From Ramazzottius varieornatus (Eukaryota > Animalia > Tardigrada), in NCBI GenBank assembly GCA_001949185.1, contig BDGG01000021.1:24817-88816 (forward strand): DNA of 64,000 nt, in the 5' to 3' direction. The notes below the pieces were generated by a model. The model was given only the letters and a program-made list of their open reading frames with translations. It was not told where the DNA came from and did not search any database. The first letter of the stretch is position 1. Each line of letters begins with the position of its first letter. Both the position numbers and the translations under genes were made by a program. Shown one piece after another: positions 34,167 through 48,057 of the stretch.

Positions 34167-36939
34167 TTTCGTCTGACGGAATGCTATGCGGTGCGACCAA
34201 GATGGGCTTCAAGTTCTCCAAAGCGGAACTGATCGAGCGTTTCAGGGCCTTAACTGACAATGGCGAGGAGCCGGTGGAAGTGGTGCAGATTTACGTCGCG
34301 GGCTCCAAGCTGGAATCGCTGTGCTTGTACGACCCGATCTTAGTCGAAGACAGGAAGGCCATCAATGCCGCCATTGCCGAATTTGATGATGGCGAACGCG
34401 GTGTCAATGTAAGGAACTCCCTACAGAGTATTTCTCACAGTCTTTTACGTTAAACAAACAGTGGCAAAAATGCCACATTGGGAATTTCCCGTTTTTGGAA
34501 TATCAAAAAGAAATGCCGCCTCATCGCATTAAAGCGTATTGAAGTTGATGAAGATGAAGAATGTGTTGACTGATGATGTTGGCTTTTTTTCCTTGATAGA
34601 TTACAGCCAGTCCGCCGATAATTGGTCTGGGCAATTGGATCCCTTATTACGCTCGGGATACGGGTCTTCGTGCCGGAGAGGCTTGCGTTACGTCTGTCAA
34701 AGCGGTGGGTGCTGTCAGCGGGAACCTATAAGGTCTCATTACCCCTGTCAACGTATCCTTCAACACCAATGACTGTCTTGACAACCTGCAATTAAACACG
34801 ATCTAAAAATATAGCTTAATGGGCTCTTTGCTGCTTCGTCGGAAATGATCAATGTCGCTCCCTTACTACTGCTCCCGCCTTTTTTCCGTCAAATGCCTAT
34901 AATTGTTACGTCGTAGAGTAATGATGGCTCTTCTCATTCTTCCAGGACACCATTGTGTATTTTCAAGCCGAGGTCGTCATCGAAGTCGTTGCTCCCATCA
35001 GCCAAGCCGGCGCCAAAATCAAACTGAATATCCACTGTGAAATGCCGCGCCCACAAAGCATCGATACGGATTTGAAAGTGTAAAATAATATTCACCATCT
35101 CCAGACTTACACCACTAAAAAAATTGGGACCTTGGTAAAAAACTCGACAAGATGGTTTCCCAGTGACCGATGCGTCCAGCTAATTACACTGAGAGCGTGA
35201 GCCACTTGGGTGTACAACGTTGTCGACCTTTCCCAGTGGCGCACTCTTCCAGGCGAACACGCTGGAACCGTGCGCCGCTTGGGAAAGCCAACGGCTCGAG
35301 CTGCTTTACCGTGCTCCTAAATTCTTTCTGATAATGCACTGCATCATGAAATTTAGCTGATATTTGAATGCAGCATGATATTCACCAGTTTACGTATTAT
35401 TGCCCATTTTTGTAGGCATCGCGTGGAGCATTTGGGATCAGCGATCGGCGAGATCCCCTTCGTGGAAGCCATCCAGATGAAGTTCGTCTATCCGGGTGAT
35501 CCCTCGCTTTCCGTGACGGAAGTCAGTGTGGACGAGCCCGTTCGTCTCGTTCTGTGGAAAGTCCGTCCAGAAAGCGACAAGTCTTCCCTCAAGACTTCCA
35601 TCATGCCCATGAACTGCGAGCTGTATTCTGACTCGACTAAAGTCGCCGGTGTCACCTTCGTCCACAACAGGTGCGAGCTCGTGTCATAGTTTGTCCAGAC
35701 ATATTTCTGGCATGATAACCTTGCTGTCTGTTTATTTTCACAGCTGCCAAGAGAAAACACCAGCTGACATGGTGACATCTGTCATGTCCCGAAAGACCGA
35801 CGTCGACGGCCTTGAATTTCGCGAGGTATATTGGGCCGACTTCAAGGCCTTCCGCTTTGACGGTAGTAGCAGCTTGCTGGCCAGCTGCGTGGTCCGCGTC
35901 TGCGCCAAGTCACACCTCAAAGACTGCCAAAACCGAGTCGGACCCAACGGCCTGGTAAGTCCTCACTCGACTGTCGACTTCTTTTCCAAGTGGCGGACCT
36001 TCCTCAGGTTATTGCCTGAAAGCGTGCGCCTCTTGGAGAACCCAACGAAATCGTTTTCCAAGTGGCGCATGTGTCAGTGAGATCCTGGTAACGGATCCCC
36101 ATGTGCAAAAGCAGCACGGATCCTTTTCCGAGAACTCAGCAACGCTGATTTACCATACATGAGCGCAATCTCGTTGAAGAATGTCATATTTTCAACTGCC
36201 AAACGTTCAGACTTTTCACTGAATATACAGTAGTACAGCGCTGTAGGTAAATTGAAAGTACATAGAGAAATGCCAGTCTGTACGGGTGAAGCTGCATAAA
36301 GTATGTTACGAGGGATTTTGGCCCATTCTTGGGCCCATCCAAAAGCAGATGACATACAGTACCACCAATTGTCAGCCTGTCTAGCATGACCATTTTGTCT
36401 TTTGGTTTTTCTAGCCTTGTTTCGAAGAAGGGGATGCTAGAGAAATGTCCGAGTATCCAGCCATAAGCGGTGAGAACTCGGAAGACCGGGGCGGCATGGA
36501 AGTGCCCAATGCCGAGCTGGAGCTTCTGCGGCTAGCTTACCCAAGACGCTTCCCAGCGCCCACGCCCTTGAAGAGATTGCGTCGCAGTGTGCCGGACGAT
36601 GGCGGTATTGTCACCATCAAGCAGCACCTCCTCGTCCGCCCATCCGTCCTGCCATCAGCGCCTGCCAGGCTGCAAGCCAGGATAGGCAACTCAACGGAGG
36701 ACGACCAGCAGCTTGGTCCTCTTGTACGGAACCGCATCTGCTTTCACAACTACATGATCTATGTGGCCTTAGGCACCGTACTGTGGTTTCTGCTGTTGGC
36801 TCTCTTGCTGATTGTCCTACTGGCCTGTCAAGTCAGAAGGCTAAAAGCCAAGACGCTCGATGACGGCCATAGTTTGACCTCCTCCAACTTGTCGTCACCG
36901 GGCTCGTCATGTTCTTCGCAGTCACACCTCTACCGTTAA
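34167..36939 (+). CDS. ZP-domain (cuticlin/dusky-like) single-pass membrane protein; 5' exon(s) unresolved
   Basis: ZP-N-like start LCGATKMGFKF; ZP-C motif FKAFRFDGSSSLLASCVVRVC; furin-type site RLRR-S; hydrophobic patch IVTIKQHLLV; C-terminal TM YVALGTVLWFLLLALLLIVLLAC. Confidence 0.8.
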
Positions 36940-37165
36940 CAAGGCTCCTTAGCAAGCTTCTTTGGCCGCCTTTTGTACTTGTTATGTACTTCGATTTCTT
37001 GTTGCTTTGACTTCTTCAAACATACGTATATTCCACACTTTATTATTTATTTATTAACACACGTTAGTAATCTTTATTACCAACCGAAATCCATAAGATG
37101 GATCGGAGAAAATTTCAACGTGCATCAAAGGCTAAAGACATACTGTATTACGGAAGCCGATGGGG

Positions 37166-39666
37166 CTAACATGGTGGTGTGACGGTGACTTTGAAGGGCT
37201 TTGGGGCTAGCACTACAAGAACGAAGGAAAAAAGCAGTTATACCACATAGATGACATGTCAGCTGCAAAAGGCGGCTTGACTGACCGGATGCCAGTGCTG
37301 GTTCCCTGCTTGGTGTGGTCCTGCTTGACAGGGTGAAATGCTGCATGATGGCGGTGAAAAAGATGAAGACCTCCATTTTGGCTAGTGGCTCCCCCAGGCA
37401 AGCTCGCCGCCCTGAAAGTCACTTTATTGAGCTTAACCCATAGCCAATTGAGGGACAGTAATGCTTACCGACTGAGAATGGCTGCACTTCATCAGCTAAA
37501 CTCTGGATGACCTGTCCCTTCTCATCCAAGAATCTCTCCGGTCGGAAGACATCGGCGTCTCCCCACACGGCAGGACTGACAAAATGCTGACAAAGTAGCG
37601 GCCATACTTCCGTTCCTCCAAATGACAAAGCTCATATCACGGCCATCAATATTTGTTCGGTTAAGCGGCAAGTGACGGGATGGGTACACGCAAGACGAGA
37701 AGTTATGGTACAGGCGGAAAGGACGGCGAAATGGAAACTGGACCGTAGAAAAGTGTCGAAAAATGTATTACTGTGAATCGGTCGCTTGCGTACGTGCTCC
37801 CGTACCGCCGTAGCGAAAAGGCCTGTCCCATCATTTTTACTGTACCATACTATCTCAGCCTGCGTGTATACCTTTCGGTATGGTGTAACCTTTGAAGGGG
37901 ACATCTTCCGTGGTGCAGTGGGGTACGCCAAAAGGCACAAAGTAGGTGATGCGAGTGACCTCGTTGATAACTGCCGTACTGTGGGGCATCTTGGACTGAT
38001 CGGCCACAGCAGACCATCGCGACGACACAACGGCCCAATCAACCTCCGCCTGCACTTTTGTCTGTACTTCCGGGTTGAAGATCATGTAAACCATAGCCCA
38101 GCGCAGGAAAGTAGTCGTTGTCTCAAACCCAGCTACGGACGTTGAATCAGTAGTGCATTTCAAAAGTATGTGCGCTTTCTGATCATCCTCCGAAATTTCC
38201 TCTGCTTACCGACGTAAAGGTCCGACAGATTTCGGATGAGTTGGTCATCGGTAAAAGTGCCGACGTCTCCTTTTTCATTTATTCGACTTTCTTGCGCACA
38301 GAAGTAGTGGTCGACGTAGTCTCGTGGATTATGTGGATCGAAGGACTTTCTGTGTTCTGCAACCAGTTCCCTCAGAGGCTTCTGGATGTTTGCAATTCGC
38401 CCATTCATCTCCTGGTATCTTCAGGAGAAGGGATAGATGAATCTGAGCCATGGGTACATTTCAAGAGCAGCGCCCTGCGAAAGGTCGGCGATAACTTTAG
38501 CGACGTTGTCTGCAAACTCGTTGAACCGCTGGTCAGCCATGTCCACCCCGTCGCTGAACAGCATGAGGGATGCCACATCGGCCACTGAAACACAATGCTC
38601 CTTACTATATTTGCCACGCACCCTTGACACCTGCTAACCTGTTCGATACGCACCACGAAAAGCTATGGGCCAGTAAAATCGTGGACCAGGCTTCCAGAAG
38701 AATGTACGTACGCTACAGACTCACAGTAACGTACTTTTCTACGATTGAATTTTCATCGTTTCCACCTGGCAGGTATATAAGGCTCGGCTAACCTAAAATA
38801 AACCGTTTAGCTGTTCTTAGCCGCGGCTTAAATACTTTTTAGACGCACCTAAGACGGCTAGCCAACATGAATAAACCAATCGAACACACAAAACAATTTG
38901 GCCGTGGCTAAGAAGGCTTAAAACGGCTTATTTTAGCCTGGCCGAGCCTACCATACCGGCAGGTAGTTTGTACTGGCCCATAATTTCTCTTGGTGGGTGT
39001 ACTGTACCGGAGATGGCCAGTGTCAATTTGGGATCGAAGATTCTGTCTGGCTGTCTGCGTAACTCCGCCACCAGGTGCGCCGCTTCCTTTTGAACCCGCT
39101 CTTCCCCCTAGCTTTCGCTAAACCTTGAAATAAGAGAGCTCATTCCATGACCATGCAATACCAAGCTAACTTAACGCTCGAACGGTAGGCCTACGTACCA
39201 AAATCACGAAGCGCTTGCAAGGAAAAGCGGCGATGGTCCTTCCATATTTCTCCATCGCCCATGACAATACCTACGAAGAAGGCAGGGCAGTTCTGGTGGT
39301 ATACCTGACGCCAACGGTTATTTATAGCAAGACGATGACGGACTTACCGTCTCGCATGTTTCCAGAAAAGTGTTGAAGGATGCCGGCGCGGGTTCGGTTG
39401 TTGAGTCGCTCGTCCTTGAACAGTGTTCGAATGGAATCCATATCGCCCACCGCCACACAAAAGCGCTCGCCCAGGTAAAAGCTAAACAGGTTGCCATATT
39501 TTGAAGCCCATTTCCGAAAGGTTTTATCCGGACGTTGCACGTCCACATTCGTCGTCCCCACCAAGGGTAGCGCAGCTGGACCAGGAGGAATACGTCCATT
39601 CCATCGATCAATCATACGCAGGAAGTACCTTCGGAATCGGTAGAGAAACAGAGCAGTCGCCGTCAT
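37166..39666 (-). CDS. Cytochrome P450, CYP2 clan, copy A (1-nt frameshift as assembled; possible pseudogene)
   Basis: PPGP hinge, [36 protein letters not shown] heme motif; one base short relative to copy B at the G5 run 39104-39108; short N-terminal anchor. Confidence 0.88.
37705..37850. repeat. Dispersed repeat family C (CYP intron); inverted copy at about 57645-57790
   Basis: The reverse complement of this segment aligns along its length with 57645-57790 (e.g. ACACTTTTCTACGGT, CCGTCCTT.CCGCCTGT.CCATAA). Confidence 0.8.
38776..38954. mobile_element. MITE derivative of the 18211-19724 element, in a CYP intron
   Basis: Shares both termini (AAGGCTCGGC.A.CTAAAATAA.CCG ... CGGCTTATTTTAGC.T.GCCGAGCCT) and the internal motif CAATCGAAC.CACAA.ACA.TT.GCCGTGGCTAA. 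Confidence 0.8.
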
Positions 39667-41934
39667 CAGCAGGAATGCTGGGGCAGAAGCGTGCCACAAA
39701 GTGTTTCCGGTAGCCGTGGCTCCCGCGATTCTGAGCTCTAACCAGTAATAATGGCTACCGGGCTACCGGGATTTTTAAACCGTATCGGTAGCGAAAGGGG
39801 TTCTGGGGGGCAAGCCAGAGGAAAATTTCGGATTTTTGTTCGTAAATTCAGAAAGTGGCGCGGTATTGCTAACATTTATACTGTAGCCGTCCGCCACTTA
39901 CCGGGGTGACTTTCGATGAAAGGCTGGGCAGTAACTCATTTACAGTACACTACTTCTAGTGAACTGACGCAAAACAGCGGTAGACGTAAACGGATCAGTG
40001 CGCCACTTTACTCCGAGATGTCGTTACCGCAGTTGAGGCTCTGACGGAAACGTGCATGAGATGGGAGGCGTTCGCGGTTCTTTATGTAACGAGTATGCCA
40101 GCAGCTCGGTATCGGCCCATATGTAATCCCTATGTCAGCGGTTAGTCACAGAGTTATTTTGAGCTTCTGCCTTTTCTATTGAAACTCCTAATGCCTGCTG
40201 CGGTCTGTACTCGTCCGCCATATGGAAGTGGGTAAAACTTCATGGTACCCGACAGAGATATTGATACATGTGAGCGAGCTTTGAGCTTTGACGGGTGAAT
40301 GATGGAAACGTCGGATAGCAACGGAAAGTCATCGAGTTTTACTATCGGCACTCGGTAGATTCGCTAACCGGAACTAAAAAGGTCGTCATCGCAGTACTTT
40401 CTAAAAAGTTGCTGTTGTCGCCGATACAGTGTGAGGCTATTAAGTAATGCTCGCGAAGCTTAGTAATACAACCTTGCATGCGACTTGATACCCCATGTTA
40501 TCATATGTCAACCCACTTCGGGTGGTCTAACATGGCATTTTTGGCCACGAGCTGTCGTTGCGGAGCTGGTTTTGTTCGTAAGTTTGTGTTTGAACATCTC
40601 TGCTGAACTTTGCCCAGTGAAGGGCAAAGTACAACATTAGTGGAGATAAGCTTGTGAATGGAATGTGACTGAGGAGAAGCGAAAGTAGGTCACAAAAGAA
40701 GGAGATAAGGCTATAGCATTGTATTCTGAGTCACAGGGAGTAATTCAATGGTTGGGAACTTGGGATACGCGCTGCCATCATCCCAGTTCCCGTTTCTTCT
40801 CTTTTAGCCTCCCTCGGCGGCAACAGCACCCGTTAGGGTGCCGCCCCGCGAGTTTGTTCTGAGCCATCGAACTCACTCTTAGACTTGACAATGACTCTTT
40901 TCGAACTCATTACTCTTCTTGTATTTTTGTGCCCGAATCATGTAGGATCTGATGGAAACTGTTATTACCGTATTTCGGAAATAAACTGTCACAGCTTGGA
41001 CCACCTACATGGAGAATCATTCCGCCGCCCCTGTTTCATCGAGCTGGAACTCTATTGTCCTAATAAAGAATCAAGGAGCAAAAGAAATCTTATGGTGGAT
41101 CCCTTCTTACACGACTTGTCTAGCTATACAGTTGTCCTCTGGGATAGAGGGAAGGAGCAGTCGTGGTTCGTACTGCCACTTTCGAACGTATAATCGACAA
41201 GCTGTTATATACCTCTTGACAAGGAAAATTTCACTTCTCAAGGGAGTTATAATATAATTGATCTTTCCTTCTGTCCCGGATTACCTTTCGTCGAGGAATG
41301 TTGGCAGTGAATCTTTCAGTGGAGGACTGGCCTTGTACCAGAATGCTGTTTTCCGACTTGCCAACGACCGCAAAACCCAACCACCTATTCCCCTCAACGA
41401 GAGTACCTTTCAGGTAAAGATCCGTTAAAGAAATTTTCCGTTAAACACACTCCATTGTGGATGACTAAACTGATCTTTTAGATCGAAAAAGCGTTGGAAT
41501 ATGTCCCTTTTTCCAGCGGTCCCTGTGAGGCTCCCGGTGTCAGTTCCTCGTCACCGTTTCAAGAAATGACGTGGAAAAGTAACGATCAGACTATGTCGCG
41601 GTTCGAGGATAAAACTTTCGATTATGGCTTCCCGACGCCGGGGAAGAAGAACGTCCGAGTGATCGAAGAGGAAACATGTTTTTCGTCTGCTGTCTGGTCG
41701 AGCTCGCGATAACTTCCGGAAGGCTGCTACGACGATCCAAGCTCCGCTAAACGGCCCAATGATGCGGGAGGCAGCGGTAGCGGCGCATCTTTGAGCAAGA
41801 ATCAAAGCTTGATGAGCTCTTCCTTTCCGCAGAAGCCGGTATCTCTGACCGGTGGAAATAATGGACGTCCGGACAGACCGCCACTACCGCCAACGTTTAA
41901 CAAGCTTCATCTGTCCAGTAAGAATATTTTCGTA

Positions 41935-42540
41935 CTGTAGTGCTCGCAGTTTATCGCGCACTCAACCACGTGATTAGTCTGGTTTGTCCGGCAAGATCAG
42001 CTGTTGCCAGAAGGGCGTGAGTTGATTGACTTTAATGGGTCGTCAGTTATTTTGAAAAACGATCCGGTCCAAATTCCAGTTTCTTTCACTGGATCCGAAG
42101 GTAGAAAACATTGTCATGGCTAGGACCCGTATATTTATAGCGATGAGGATGCGGAGAAAGCTTTGAGAAACTATGAAGAGAGCGGATTATCGAGGAGAAA
42201 GCATGCGAAGCTTACAGGAATTCCGGAATCAGCCATGCGCAGCTGGTGGTGAGTCGAATGATACCTGTTCCATAAGCAGCTGATAAGCTTCACGGAACCT
42301 CATGTTTTTGCTTCACAAAGCAAAGATTCCGGGCAAGCGAGGACCGGAGAAAAGTGAGCAGATACCGGAAACGCTCCAGAAGGAAATGAGCAATTTGAGT
42401 TTGACTTTTCAGAATAACACTTGTCTTAACCGATGGCCAATCATTGATTGTTGATAAAGCAGTACAACGTCTAAAATCCCCGATCGGGCGTTATTTACTG
42501 TTCACGTGGTTGAGTGCGCGATAAACTGCGAGCACTACAG
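41935..42540 (+). mobile_element. Internally deleted pogo-like element retaining an HTH (psq/CENP-B-type) remnant
   Basis: Perfect TIR of about 39 bp (CTGTAGTGCTCGCAGTTTATCGCGCACTCAACCACGTGA) with TA duplication; internal YSDEDAEKALRNYEESGLSRRKHAKLTGIPESAMRSW at about 42135-42250. Confidence 0.85.
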
Positions 42541-43522
42541 TAATTATCTTACGCCTAACTGTTGTACGTAATTTTCAAATAGTTTTTCTTTGACGGCTCC
42601 GCGGAGCGAGACTGACACGGATACGGACGCCGAAGAATTCCTGTTGGTGTCGTTGGTGATGGCAGAATTCGAACCGCCGAAGGAAAGACGAAGGAAGGCC
42701 CGCCAGTCCACACTCCTTCTCCCGAAAAAGGCCAAAGTCTCGGACGCGAGCGAGGATGGATGGTCTGCTTGACGCCATGGAACTCGCTCGGCTTTCCGCC
42801 AGAAGGGAGACTTAGTGGTCTTTCCTGGCTGTTTTGTTTAAATCTGACTTTCTCGTGTTAGTTCTTTTAAAATGTTTTACGTGTCTTATCGGAACTTGTC
42901 GTATCTTATATAAAAAGGCAGAATGATCTGCTCCCTATGAAAGAGCGGTGACTAGTGAAAGTTCCCACCGTGAAAACGAGTTTTCCCTTGGGTTTTTAGA
43001 GAGTCCAGAAAGGTCAGCATTCCAGCCCCTGAGAGTGACCTTTCGGGCCACCGGAATTTTTTCTGGACTTCCGTGGCCATATGCTCCTGCTACCGCAATT
43101 TTCGGTCCCTGGCGCGCTACCGTGCTGGGGACAGGGAGGCCATTCCAGGACCATGTGGTGCAAAATTATGCCGGTTGCAAAGTCTTGCTGTCAATGGGCA
43201 CCAGACAAAGTTCTTTCCGAAGAACAGCTCCAACACAACGCGTTAAGTGACTGTACAACCGGTAAGATTATGACGTCCAGCTTGATACTGAGTGAGAGAT
43301 AAAGATTCTAAGATACGAGCGAAGTCCTGGGAGTATGGGACCTTTTTGGCAAGTCATCCTTAAGACTTGCACAGCTCCGATCATCACATCACTGATGAGG
43401 CAAACGTCACCGGGGTGATGTAGCTCTCAGGCCGGCACTGCCCGGTAATTATTTACCGCGTCTGCTGCTCCTTGAGCGGACCCAGCGAATGCTCACCGCA
43501 CACGCGCCTGCCCCAGAGGTGA

Positions 43523-43649
43523 GCATGGACAAAAATGTGGGCAACGGAGCGAAAGGGGCACCGCTCCGATTGATTTAGTTGATTGGTCGACCTCAGTTGG
43601 TCCGTGTCGCTTTCGCTCTGCTGGCTGCTGCCCACATTTTTGTCCATGC
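43523..43649. repeat. Fold-back element
   Basis: Perfect 21-bp arms GCATGGACAAAAATGTGGGCA / TGCCCACATTTTTGTCCATGC plus an inner GAGCGAAAG/CTTTCGCTC pair. Confidence 0.85.
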
Positions 43650-44045
43650 CCACATTTAGGGCAGACGCTTGTACTTAAATCCTGAAAATGAACCATAATA
43701 ACTAAATAAATCAATTGCTGAATTCCGAATAATTCGAATTGTTAATTCAGCTGGACTGAATGTCAAGTTGAAACTGAAGCTGCGAACACCCCTTTACGCC
43801 GGAGGTGTTTCGATGAGTTGTAATGACAATCAGAATAGGACTTATATTAAAACAACACTGGTCAAAACCACTCGTTAGTGCACGAGGGTACAGTATATTC
43901 AGGACAAGCAAGAAAGCTGCAGGACATCCCACAAAGACACTAGGAAAGTCCGGTTTCCCATATCGCGTGTACGATAGATCAAAACTCCCTCTGACACTCT
44001 TGAAACTATTCGTCCACTGTCTGGTTTGTCCGAGAGTTGAGCCAA

Positions 44046-46237
44046 TCAAGCGCGCGGTGTCACCGTCATCTCGAAAGGTTTGGGCGAGAGTACTGAAGAG
44101 AAAGCACACAAAAGTTGTCATCTGAGTAGCTGGTTAGGAACAATCCAAAGGAGGTTGGCGTACTGACCGACAGCAAAGGCTGGTTCCGTGCTTGTGTGGT
44201 GCTGCTTGAGACGGTGAAATGCTGCATGATGGTTGTGAAGAAGATGAAGACCTCCATTCGCGCCAAGGGTTTACCCAAGCACGCTCTTTGCCCTGCAATT
44301 CGATCGGAAGACTTGTCGCGCTTGCTCCGTCACTCGATATTCCATCTATTTAGACAAACTCACCGACAGAAAATGGCTGCACTTTCTCAACCCAGCTTTT
44401 GATAAGTCGGCCATTCTTGTCCAAGAATCGTTCCGGCCGGAACACTTCAGGATCGCCCCACACTTGGGCGTTCATCGAGTGGAAACACATCAAGGGCCAG
44501 ACTTCCGTACCTGCACACAAACAAAGCTTTGGATCATACAGCTGACATCGGCAATGGCCCATGCAAGAATGGCTGTACGGTGCCTTTGGGTATGGTGTAT
44601 CCATCGAACTGCACATCTTCCGTGGCGCATTGGGGAGCACCGAATGGAAGGAAAGAGGTGATGCGGAAGACCTCCGTCATGACGGCTTCAGTGTACGGCA
44701 TGTTGGACAGATCCGCTACGACGGGCGGTCGGGATGGTCCAATCACTGAAACAATCTCTCTCTGCAGCTTTTCCTGTACTTGCGGCTTTAGGATCATGTA
44801 GACCAAGGCCCAGCGTAAAAAAGTTGTCGTTGTCTCAAAACCAGCTACAAAAATAATACTTTGAATAATATAAAGGCACAACAACAACTTTTGAAATAAG
44901 TTTGACAAGAAGCAAGACAATACGTATAAACAAAATAATACAAGGACATATGAAGGTCAGTTTTGAGCCAAGATGTCGATGTTGACTCCCTACCGACAAA
45001 GGTCCGATAGGTTTCGGATAAGTTGTTCGTCAGTAAAGGTTCCCTCATTCCCTGAAGCATTTCTCCGAATCTCTTGCTCACAGAAATACGCATCAACGTA
45101 GTCACGCGGGTGGTTCGGATCGAAGGTCTCTTTGTGTTCCGCAATCAACTGGCGCATAGAATCCTGGGTTTGCGAAAGGCGCTCTTGGATGTCTCGAAAC
45201 TTCCGAGCAAACGGAGGATAGATGAAACGCAGCCAAGGCCAGATTTCCAGTTCGACGTCACTCGTCAGCTCCATGATATTCTTGGTCACATTGTCGGCAA
45301 ACTGGCTGAAACGCTGGTCGTCCACTCTGTCCACTCTGACGCTGAACAGCATGAACGATATCACGTTGGCCACTTTAAGCAACAGCAAAGCAGAAATATA
45401 TTCACTGTACCAGAGCAATCTAATTTGGGAGGGCGCCAAGCGAAAATGACGCACGTTCTCAGTCTTAATGGCTGAGGATGTGCGCCACTATTCGTCTGCC
45501 GCTCTCCCAGTGAACCACTTTGCAGAGATGTGCAGTTAGAAACATACTGTACCGGACGTCGCCAGAGTTAACTCAGGCTCGAAGCCGGTGCCCCGTTGTT
45601 CCTGTTGTTCTCGGAGTTTCGCCACTAGAAACTTCGCTTCCTGTTGAATCCGCTCTTCTCCGCCGGGTTTCCCGAAGCCTACCAGAAAACAATTGTCCAT
45701 ACTTTTCTTTCAGACAAAACAAATGTAGAACGTTCATGTGGACGCAAGAATCTCACCGAAAGTGCGCAACGCTTGCACGGAAAACTGACGATGTTCCTGC
45801 CACAAGTCCCCGTTGCCCAAGACGATGCCTGTAGAAAATAAAATATGCCGCCGACCGAACATGCAACTCTCAGGTGAGAGGGTCAAATTACTTTCAGACA
45901 GATCGCCTTGGAGTTTGTGGAGGATACCCAGATGGCACCTGTCATTGAACTTTTCATCCTTGAAGAGTCTTCGAATGGTGTCCATATCGCTGGCTGCGAC
46001 GCAAAACCTTTCGCCCAGATGGAAGCTGAACAACTTGCCGTACTTGGAGGCCCATCGTTGAAGCGTCGGAACTGGACGACCATAGTCCACATCGATGGTC
46101 CCAATGAGCGGATAGGCAGCTGGCCCAGGAGGAATACGCCCCTTCCATCGATCAAGCGTACGCTGGAAGTACACCCGGAAACGATACAGAAAAAGAAGAA
46201 CAAGCGCGGTGAGAAGCCATATCAACGCGGAAGCCAT
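44046..46237 (-). CDS. Cytochrome P450, CYP2 clan, copy B (apparently intact)
   Basis: MASALIWLLTALVLLFLYRF anchor, [40 protein letters not shown]; same intron positions as copy A; stop at 44046. Confidence 0.93.
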
Positions 46238-48057
46238 TTTTCCTTCGCCAAGTTATGTGGACTTCAACGACATGCAAAGGGAGACTTTATAAGAGGCGAA
46301 CCTGCCTTCGCCCCAGTCGTCTGACGGTTTCTGCATGCGAAGCTTGCAAACACCGGCGTGTATATGTACTGTGTACACTCGGAGAGTTTTATCGGAGTAA
46401 GATATAACCAACAAGACCTTGAGCATTGTCAGACTGAGACAAGCAGTCTGATCAGTATTCCACACCCATCTCGGAGCCGCAAACATTTCCACAACTATCT
46501 TGACTACCAGCGAGCTCGAGATCATCTTACAATCCTATCTGAGTCTAACGACATTCGGTAAGGCCACGCCGTCCAGGTCTTTAATTTTGTTTCCACTCAA
46601 GTCGGCGTACCTGACCGTTCGATTCCTCAAGGTTGAAACAATACCCATTCCATTCTGATAAAGCTTCACCGTACCCAAATACTGAAATGAGAAAAGGCAT
46701 TCGGAGAGGTCATGATAAGATGCAAACTGCGCTACGCGGTGCCCTTCAATCCGTGCTGCCTGCCTTTTGGGATTCTTTTAAATTCCGTATCAGGTGTTTC
46801 AGTATGACTTGTCCGTTTTTGGCGGATGACTTTCAAATTTTTTTCTGACTTCACCGTCTGACTTTTCAATTCTAAAAAATATTCTAAAGTAGAAACAGGC
46901 CCTCCTTGTTTTTTGTATACACGAGGAAATACCATACGATCAGACTGAGAAGAATAACTGGGGCAGAAGAAGTAGCAGGAAGTTTTCGCTCGCACCTCTT
47001 TCTTTGTTTTATTTTCTTGATAAACGTAATTTAGCAAAGGAAACGATTTGGTATTCCAAATGCCCAGATGTTATGTCATCTGACCACCTTCAGAAAGCTC
47101 TTGATTCTGACTTTTACAAATTTTAGAAAACATTTTTCGAGAATTCCCCGGAAAAACCGTCCTGTGTTATGCGCCACTTTAGTGAGGTTGGCAAGTTTAA
47201 ATACTTTTCAACTTCTTGGCTTATCAAAAGCTGTTGACTGTAGTACCAGTACGTATCTCAAACTGATAGATACCTATATGCGAAGCCGGGTCTGGATCGG
47301 ATTCTCCTTGACTTTGGGAGAAGCCGCCTTTCGTCTGCGGGTTTCATCATCCTTCCCACCTGACCATCTTTCGTATCAAACTGTTCTGTAACCGTTGTGA
47401 ATATGTAAATCTGTTCTGTTCTGTAAATTTGTAACCGGGCGTGTGAGAGTAGTGAGTATGAGTCTATGTTTGCGAAGTTTCAGAAGTTTTTGAAAGCGCA
47501 CGCTTGGAAAAGAAAAATTAGTTTACCCTGGGTCAGGAATTTTTCAAAATTTCAGCACTGACAAAATTATTTTTGCTTGGTTCCTGCAGCGATAGATCTG
47601 ATTGTTTTGCAACGAATTTGAAGGTCACGACTTGGTACTATGTTGCTGAGAAAAAAAATGGGAGAGATATCCCGGTTCACTTGGGAGAAAAAAAATCCAA
47701 AGTCAGGCGCGAAGAAAACGGACAAGTCAAACTGAAACACATGATACATAGAAGGATGCGTACCACAGCAGTGCGCTTTGCTGATAGTCCATGTTATCGC
47801 TTACCCATCTTACCGGCAAGTCCTGCAAAGACGATAAATCCAGCAGATAGTTATTGCCGAACTTGACTGGACGTAGGTTGTGAAAGTTTGCGACTTGGCC
47901 AATATCAATCGGTTTCTTGTGTACAGCTGAGTAGACCGATGGGAAGACCCGCAGCTTGCTTTCTCGGTGACGCTTCAAAGTTTGTTCAATCTTTAAGACA
48001 GTGAGAGAGAGGCTTGACCAGTCAACTTTCATCCTCTACCTGCACAGGATCATTGCG

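Noticed and set aside
33083-34260. ORFs 33083-33481 (+) and 33778-34260 (-) as independent genes
   Set aside because: No recognisable domains; they overlap a MITE and the probable 5' region of the ZP gene.
430-45490. Recurrent palindromic repeats with variable spacers as a CRISPR array or bacterial REP elements
   Set aside because: They are dispersed, not regularly spaced, lie in introns of eukaryotic genes, and no cas genes are present; MITE-like instead.
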